NCBI GenBank assembly: GCA_965225945.1
Contig: CBDDBZ010000027.1
Location: 97,705 to 161,704 of the forward strand
DNA length: 64,000 bases
Reading direction: 5' to 3'
Source of the DNA: Alphaproteobacteria bacterium
GTDB taxonomy: Bacteria; Pseudomonadota; Alphaproteobacteria; GCA-2731375
Every line of letters starts with the position of its first letter. Position 1 is the first letter of the stretch. A model generated the notes under the pieces. That model was not told the origin of the DNA, did no database searches, and saw only the letters and a program-made list of their open reading frames with translations. Positions 58,200 through 64,000 of the stretch are shown one piece after another. A program made the position numbers and the translations under genes.

Positions 58200-58367
58200 A
58201 TGACTGTATCTACTGGAATTTTCGCGGGTATCTGGAGCATGTGGACGGGTGCGATGGGCACCCTGCCTTATTGGAACCCTTACGGCGCGACCGCCATCCC
58301 GGTCGCCATGGCGATAATGCTCGCCATCCTGGCCTGGCTGGTCTGGCGCGGCGAAACTCGCGACTGA
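58200..58367 (+). CDS. Small 55-aa membrane protein (MTVSTGIFAGIWSMWTGAMGTLPYWNPYGATAIPVAMAIMLAILAWLVWRGETRD)
   Basis: GAGGTG RBS and a C-terminal TM helix; below the ORF-track cutoff. Confidence 0.5.
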   Translation: MTVSTGIFAGIWSMWTGAMGTLPYWNPYGATAIPVAMAIMLAILAWLVWRGETRD

Positions 58368-58375
58368 GCCCGCGC

Positions 58376-59587
58376 TTACGGGCCGCTGGCGGCCGCCTCG
58401 ATCAAGGCGAGCTGACGCGGCAACAGGCGGGCGAGGTCGTAGCGCTCGACGATGGTTTCGCGGGCACGGGCGCGAAGCGCGGTCCAAGCCTCCGGCGCCG
58501 ACAACGCCGCGTCCGCGGCTTCGGCGATCGCCTCGACGTCGTGGAAATCGACCAGCAGGCCGTTGACGCCATCCTCAATCACCTCGCGCACCGGTTCGGT
58601 GTCGGAGCCCAGCACCAGGCAGCCGGTCGCCATGCATTCCAGCATCGACCAGGAGAGCACGAAGGGCACCGTCAGGTAGAGATGCAGCGAGGATGCCCGG
58701 ATGACCTCCCGGTACTGGCCGTAGGGCAGCAGGCCAGTGAAGTGTAGCCGGTCGAGATCGAGTTCCGGCGTCTCCTCCAGCATCTTCTGTTTGTAGGTCC
58801 GGCCGTCCTCGAGGCGGCGGCCATAGGCGACGCGGTCGGCGCCGACGACGACGACGTGGAGCCCGGGCCGCCGGCGTTGCAGCAACGCGGTGGCGCGAAT
58901 CATCTCGGGAAAGCCCCGGTACGGCTCCATCCCTCGGGAGACGAAGGTCATGATCTCCTCGGCGCCGGAGAGATCGAGATTGGGCAGTTTTAGCCGCGCG
59001 CCCTCGAGGGGGCTGAAATACGCGGTGTCGATCCCCTCGTGCTGGACCCGGATCGACTCGCGGAAGCTCTCCGGGAACTGCGCGCGCTGCCATTCGGTCG
59101 GCGAGAGGCGGAGGTCGGCGGCGACGAGATCGAGCAAAATCGGCGCGTTCTTGGCCCGGATGCGCAGGACGTCGTCCTCGCTTTGGCCTGAGTCCTTCAA
59201 GAACGAGGCGTCCGAGCCCCAGGCGTGATAGTACCACTCGAAGAGACCGATCAGCCGCGCCTCGGGAAAGGCGTCCTTGAAGAATTGCCCCGCGCCCCAG
59301 CCCGAATGGGCGCAGACCACGTCCGGCACGAAACCCTCGGCCCGGAGCGTTTTGGCCAGACGGTAGGTCGCCTGGCCGTTCAACACCGCGAATTCCAGCG
59401 GCCGGACGTAGGAATGGGTCTCCTTCCTCACCTCCCGATGCGCCTTGAACAGCCGCTTGGCGACACCCTTCAACTCGCCCCTCGGGTTGGTCGTCGCGAA
59501 CACCACCTGATGGCCGGCGGCGGCCAGCGCCGTCGCCACGTGGCGGTACTGCGCCGGGAAGTTGGAATGGGCGAAGAGCACCCGCAT
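58376..59587 (-). CDS. Glycosyltransferase family 4
   Basis: LFAHSNFPAQY, HSGWG, RGMEPYRG, YLTVPFVLSWS.LE.M. Confidence 0.92.
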   Translation of the reverse strand: MRVLFAHSNFPAQYRHVATALAAAGHQVVFATTNPRGELKGVAKRLFKAHREVRKETHSYVRPLEFAVLNGQATYRLAKTLRAEGFVPDVVCAHSGWGAGQFFKDAFPEARLIGLFEWYYHAWGSDASFLKDSGQSEDDVLRIRAKNAPILLDLVAADLRLSPTEWQRAQFPESFRESIRVQHEGIDTAYFSPLEGARLKLPNLDLSGAEEIMTFVSRGMEPYRGFPEMIRATALLQRRRPGLHVVVVGADRVAYGRRLEDGRTYKQKMLEETPELDLDRLHFTGLLPYGQYREVIRASSLHLYLTVPFVLSWSMLECMATGCLVLGSDTEPVREVIEDGVNGLLVDFHDVEAIAEAADAALSAPEAWTALRARARETIVERYDLARLLPRQLALIEAAASGP

Positions 59588-59801
59588 TCGAGCCGTTCCC
59601 TTCCTCGGCTTCGCTCGAAACTCGACACGAAGCCATCACCGGCGATGACACCAACCACCCCGGCGGGCGGTACGGTTCAATCGGCATCAGAGAAAACATG
59701 AACACCCGGGTTCGGATCAAGCGCAATCCGGCCTTAGAGCATGATCCGACCATATGGGAACGTTTGATGGCGGTTGGTATGACCCGTCCACGAACTCGCG
59801 C

Positions 59802-60209
59802 CTAGTGATTTCCGCCTTCGAAAAGCGTCTCCAGAATCGGGCACTCGGGGATGTCGCCGCCTTCGCATTCCTCGGCCATGGCCAACAACACCGCCCGCAT
59901 GCGCCCGAGGTCGGCGAGCTTGCCGGCGATGTCTTCCACGTGTTGCAGCGTGATCGTTCTCACTTGGTCACAAGTCGCATCGCCACCGTCGACGAGGCGC
60001 AGCAATCCCCGGATATCCGCCAAGGTGAAGCCCAACTCGCGACCGCGGCGGACGAAATTCAGCCGCTTCACGGAATCGTCACCGTAGCGGCGATAGCCGT
60101 TCGCACTCCGTGACGGCTCGGGGGCGAGACCGATCCGTTCATAATACCGGATGGTCTCGATGTGCACGCCCGTCAGCTTCGATAGCTCGCCGATGCGAAA
60201 CATCATCAC
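59802..60209 (-). CDS. merR: MerR family Hg(II)-responsive regulator
   Basis: IGELSKLTGVHIETIRYYERIGL; Cys triad C..(AEEC)..CPIL; divergent from merT. Confidence 0.85.
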   Translation of the reverse strand: MMMFRIGELSKLTGVHIETIRYYERIGLAPEPSRSANGYRRYGDDSVKRLNFVRRGRELGFTLADIRGLLRLVDGGDATCDQVRTITLQHVEDIAGKLADLGRMRAVLLAMAEECEGGDIPECPILETLFEGGNH

Positions 60210-60221
60210 GATTTCTTGAAC

Positions 60222-60254
60222 TTGACCCTCTAGGTGCTACGGGGTGGATATTAG
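60222..60254 (+). promoter_or_regulatory. MerR-type promoter/operator
   Basis: -35 TTGACC followed by an imperfect dyad (ACCCTCTAG..CTACGGGGT) in a long spacer. Confidence 0.65.
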
Positions 60255-60286
60255 CACGGAAGCTCGAGGTATGGGGAGCAAACTCG

Positions 60287-60679
60287 ATGTCGGAACGCCA
60301 AGAAGCGTTATCACCCCTCGATCGGTCCCGCGTGACCGTCGGGCTCGTTGCGCTCGGCGGCGTGTTCGGCGCGATCGCGGCCTCCTCGTGCTGCCTGGTT
60401 CCGTTGGCCCTGTTCGGACTCGGCCTCGGCGGGGCATGGATGGGCAATCTCGCGGCACTGTCGCCCTATCAACCGATCTTCATCTGGGCGACCGTCGCCT
60501 GTCTCGCCACGGGCTACTGGATGGTGTACCGGAAGCCCGATGTGGCGTGCGACGATGACCCATCCTGCGGCCAGCCTGGTTCTCGCCGATGGGTCTTGGT
60601 CGCGCTCTGGTCCGCGACCGGGCTGGTGATCGCCGCGGCGGCGTTTCCCTATATCGGCCCCGGGTTGCTTGGCGTTTGA
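60287..60679 (+). CDS. merT: Mercuric transporter MerT
   Basis: AASSCCL.PL.L..LG.GGAW.GNL..L.PYQP; second Cys pair. Confidence 0.9.
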   Translation: MSERQEALSPLDRSRVTVGLVALGGVFGAIAASSCCLVPLALFGLGLGGAWMGNLAALSPYQPIFIWATVACLATGYWMVYRKPDVACDDDPSCGQPGSRRWVLVALWSATGLVIAAAAFPYIGPGLLGV

Positions 60680-60692
60680 GGGAAGAAGGATG

Positions 60693-61449
60693 CTTGCCTA
60701 TCCGGTTATCACCCACACCCACTATATGTAGTGTGTCTCCTTGGACTGCAGGCAAGGGCCGGCGCAGGCGCATTGAGGAGGCGATCCGGCTAATTCTTGA
60801 TTGTTCTGAAAACCGAACCGGAGTTTAATTCACGTCACGTACTTAACATCGGGGGACGGAACGGTGGCGACCAAGGGAAAAACGAAGAAACCCACGGCCA
60901 GACGGGAAGCTGCTGATGAAACGACATCGTCTGAGCGATTGACGGCACTAGTCGAAGAAAGCGACGCGCTGGCACGAATCGTTGCGAAGAACCCGTCCGC
61001 GCCTGTTAGTCTCCTGCGCGTTTTGAAGTTCGCAGCGAAGACGAAGCGACACGCAAGAACGTGATCCTCAATCCGTTTACTTCATATGACGTATTGAGCG
61101 AACTTGAAAACCAGTTCACAGAGCTATTTGTGAATAATCCGGCACTCGAATCCTACAATTCAATGAAGCTCTGATTTCCTGGAATATTCCATCGGTGTCG
61201 TTCACCTCCGATTTCAGATAAATTTCAATGAAGTGACGGTCCTTTATGCAACGTGGCGTTTTGCCAAATCCGACTCAATGATTAGGATTTTCACCACGCT
61301 AAAGTGTCGCCTAAAAGGCGCTACAATGCCGTCCGAGTCCCTGCTCGGCATCGCCGGAGATATCTCCGCTTCGACCTGCACCGAGCTTTACTCAGGAAAA
61401 TGGGTGCACACTACATATAGTGGGTGTGGGTGATAACCGGATAGGCAAG
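60693..61449 (+). mobile_element. Non-autonomous IS1595-derived cassette, copy 2 (between merT and merP)
   Basis: Same 43-bp TIRs; TSD GAAGGATG (60685-60692, 61450-61457); passenger ORF frameshifted by +2 nt near 61026. Confidence 0.95.
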
Positions 61450-61462
61450 GAAGGATGAAGAC

Positions 61463-61763
61463 ATGAGAACATTCCTCGCTGCCACCACCATGGGCCTGGC
61501 ACTTCTCGGTGCCTCGCCTGCTTTCGCCGCCGAGCAAACCGTGACGTTGAGCATCAGCGGTATGTGGTGCGCCGGGTGCGCCTACATGGTCAAGGAGACA
61601 CTTTCCGACGTCGAGGGCTTCCGACGTCGAGGGCGTTCGTGGCATCGAGGTTTCGGCCCGTCGGAAGGATGCGATCGTGACCTTCGAGGACACCGAGACG
61701 GATGTCGCGACGTTGCTGGCGGCAACGTCCGGCGCCGGCTTTCCCTCGACGGTCATCGAGTAG
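61463..61763 (+). pseudogene. merP: MerP periplasmic Hg-binding protein frameshifted by a 16-bp duplication
   Basis: Signal peptide and GMWCAGC; TTCCGACGTCGAGGGC twice (61603-61634); removing one copy restores ...VTFEDTETDVATL..AT..AGFPS. Confidence 0.85.
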
Positions 61764-61769
61764 CCGACC

Positions 61770-62054
61770 ATGAGCGACAAGCCCATGGCCGCGGTGATCA
61801 CCGCTCTCGTCGTCGCTCCCCTCTGTGCGGCGTGCATCCTCGGCCCCGTGGTTCTCGGCTCGATGATAGCTGGGTTCTGGGGCTGGCTCTCGGGCAGCGG
61901 AGTCCTTGTTGGGGCCTCGGTCGCCATCTTGGCCGCCGTCCTCGCCTACGCATTGAAGCGTCGAGGGAACCGTGGACGAGCCGCCTCGGCTGGCGCGGCA
62001 GAGCAAGCGGCGCGTCGCGACCTCGAAGCAACCGGAGGTCCCAGTCATGAATAA
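61770..62054 (+). CDS. Small membrane protein with CxxC (mer accessory)
   Basis: PLCAAC followed by TM helices; overlaps the merF start. Confidence 0.6.
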   Translation: MSDKPMAAVITALVVAPLCAACILGPVVLGSMIAGFWGWLSGSGVLVGASVAILAAVLAYALKRRGNRGRAASAGAAEQAARRDLEATGGPSHE

Positions 62055-62277
62055 CCGCAAGCTGCTCGGCGTCGGCATCGTCGGGACGGTCGTCGCCGCG
62101 CTCTGCTGCTTCACCCCGCTCCTGGTCGTGTTGCTCGCTGCCGTCGGCCTCTCGGCCGCGCTTGGGTGGTTGGACTACGTCCTGCTCCCCTCCCTCGCGT
62201 TCTTCATCGGGCTGACCGTCTACGCCGTCTATCGACGATGGCGGGCAACGGGGCGGGCATCGGAGCAAGGCTCATGA
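62047..62277 (+). CDS. merF: Mercury transporter MerF
   Basis: LL.VGIVGTV.AALCCFTP.LV.LL..VGLSA..G.LDYVLLP. Confidence 0.92.
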   Translation: MNNRKLLGVGIVGTVVAALCCFTPLLVVLLAAVGLSAALGWLDYVLLPSLAFFIGLTVYAVYRRWRATGRASEQGS

Positions 62278-62381
62278 GCCAACTTCGCCGCGTGGCGGAC
62301 AAACCAAACGGGCACTATGACCTCGCCGTCATCGGCGCGGGTTCGGCGGGCTTCTCGGCGGCGATCACGGCAATTGAGCAA
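62274..62381 (+). pseudogene. merA: 5' fragment of mercuric reductase
   Basis: YDLAVIGAGSAGFSAAITAIEQ followed by unrelated sequence and an IS. Confidence 0.8.
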
Positions 62382-62418
62382 CCTGATGTGTGGAAATTCG
62401 GAACGCCGTTGATCAGTC

Positions 62419-63523
62419 CTTGCCTATCCGGTTAACGCCCATGACCGCTACATGTAGGGTGCCGCCACTCTCCCGAGTAAAGCTCGGCATAGGTTGGAGC
62501 AGAGGTGTCGCCCGCGATGCCGAGCAATGAGCGGAAGGCGTTGAACGGGTAGAACCGCCTGTTGAAGCGGAAGGTGAACTCGTTGAGGTAGGCTTGTAGG
62601 TGCTGGTGGCTAACGCCGTGGTGGATACCGATCAGCCACGTCTTCAGGTTGGCGAAAACCAGATGGATGATCGGCAGGTATTGCTCGGCAACCTCTGGAT
62701 CACCACACTCGGCAACAGCGAAGTGCTCATAGCCGCGCTTACCGAGGCCAGCATAGCCGCTCCAATCGTCAGTAACGATCAGCGATCCCGGCGCGACGGT
62801 GCTCTCGACGAACCCACAGAGCGACTCGGCGCTACGGTCGAGCACGACGGCGAGCCGAACGCGTCCGGCATAGCGTCCGTCTTTCCGGTTGTCGAGCTTG
62901 GTGCCCGGCTTTCGATGACGCACCTCGATGGCACAGGAGACGAGAACCTTGTGGTGAACACCACGGCCTTCCCCACGCGTTCGCCCGCCAACCCAGGTTT
63001 CGTCCACCTCAACATGGTTCTTGGGCTGTCCACCGATCCTGTCTTGGTTGGGCCGCACCATGCCCGAGCGGAGCTTGTGGAGAATTTGAAAGGCCGTCTC
63101 GTAGCGCGAAAGACCAAGTTGCCGCTGAAACTGCACGGCGGACATGCCGGGCGTCTGACTGGCGACCAGATAAGCGGCCCAGAACCAGACGTTCAGCGGA
63201 GTGTGGCTACGCTCCATCACTGTTCCCACCGTCAGCCCGGTGTTCTGGCGGCACTTGCGGCAGCGCAGGACGCTAGGGCGGTTTTCAAAGTGGAACGGCT
63301 CTCCCGCCGTGCCGCAGTGCGGGCAGGCAAAGCCGTCTCCCCAGCGGGCTTTCTCCAGGTAGGCGGCGCAGGCCGCATCATCGGGGAAAAGTCGCTGGAA
63401 CTCGGGTAGCGAATGCGGGAATGGGAGATCGGCGCGGTCGAGAACATCCATGGCGCGCTCCCCTATATCCGGTTTGCGCCCATTCTAGCCCTAGTGGGTG
63501 TGGGTGTAAACCGGATAGGCAAG
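62419..63523 (-). mobile_element. Autonomous IS1595-family element C
   Basis: TIR CTTGCCTATCCGGTT at both ends; flanks GATCAGTC and CAACGAAC differ (no TSD). Confidence 0.92.
62432..63451 (-). CDS. IS1595 family transposase
   Basis: CPHC/CRKC, VEVDETWVGG, TDDW.GY, HHGVS..HLQAYLNEFTFRFNRR. Confidence 0.95.
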   Translation of the reverse strand: MDVLDRADLPFPHSLPEFQRLFPDDAACAAYLEKARWGDGFACPHCGTAGEPFHFENRPSVLRCRKCRQNTGLTVGTVMERSHTPLNVWFWAAYLVASQTPGMSAVQFQRQLGLSRYETAFQILHKLRSGMVRPNQDRIGGQPKNHVEVDETWVGGRTRGEGRGVHHKVLVSCAIEVRHRKPGTKLDNRKDGRYAGRVRLAVVLDRSAESLCGFVESTVAPGSLIVTDDWSGYAGLGKRGYEHFAVAECGDPEVAEQYLPIIHLVFANLKTWLIGIHHGVSHQHLQAYLNEFTFRFNRRFYPFNAFRSLLGIAGDTSAPTYAELYSGEWRHPTCSGHGR

Positions 63524-63544
63524 CAACGAACCAGGACCACCGCA

Positions 63545-63995
63545 GTGCGTCATCGAAAGCCGGGCACCAAGCTCGACAACCGGAAAGACGGACGCTATGC
63601 CGGACGCGTTCGGCTCGCCGTCGTGCTCGACCGTAGCGCCGAGTCGCTCTGTGGGTTCGTCGAGAGCACCGTCGCGCCGGGATCGCTGATCGTTACTGAC
63701 GATTGGAGCGGCTATGCTGGCCTCGGTAAGCGCGGCTACGAGCACTTCGCTGTTGCCGAGTGTGGTGATCCAGAGGTTGCCGAGCAATACCTGCCGATCA
63801 TCCATCTGGTTTTCGCCAACCTGAAGACGTGGCTGATCGGTATCCACCACGGCGTTAGCCACCAGCACCTACAAGCCTACCTCAACGAGTTCACCTTCCG
63901 CTTCAACAGGCGGTTCTACCCGTTCAACGCCTTCCGCTCATTGCTCGGCATCGCGGGCGACACCTCTGCTCCAACCTATGCCGAGCTTTACTCGG
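63545..63995 (+). pseudogene. Inverted internal fragment of the same IS1595 transposase
   Basis: Reverse complement of 62473-62923; one synonymous difference noticed (TAT/TAC). Confidence 0.88.
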
Positions 63996-64000
63996 CGATG

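Noticed and set aside
4424-61449. One large composite transposon bounded by the two cassettes
   Set aside because: Each copy has its own matching TSD pair, indicating independent insertions.

Overview
A high-GC alphaproteobacterial chromosomal region (Rhodospirillales-like by gene content: CtrA-family regulator, DUF1013, CoA-binding protein next to metY). It contains many catabolic genes, a near-complete coenzyme F420 biosynthesis operon (fno/npdG-cofE-cofD-cofC-fbiC) and a decayed mercury-resistance operon. IS load is heavy: two IS630, one ISAs1, one IS3/IS481-like element with a 14-bp target duplication, one IS4 and three IS1595. Several pseudogenes arise from internal deletion or short tandem duplication. 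The most notable non-obvious structures are: (1) two copies of a ~755-bp transposase-less IS1595-derived cassette with perfect 43-bp TIRs, different 8-bp TSDs and a leucine-rich-repeat-variant passenger ORF; (2) a tandemly duplicated c-di-GMP-I riboswitch ahead of unannotated small ORFs; (3) a small minus-strand transcription unit whose ribosome-binding site is a 16-nt complement of the 16S rRNA 3' end; (4) a divergent CtrA paralog boxed in by IS elements; (5) an orphan asparagine-synthetase-like PP-loop protein. All calls are from sequence reading and motif recognition only; no database searches were run.
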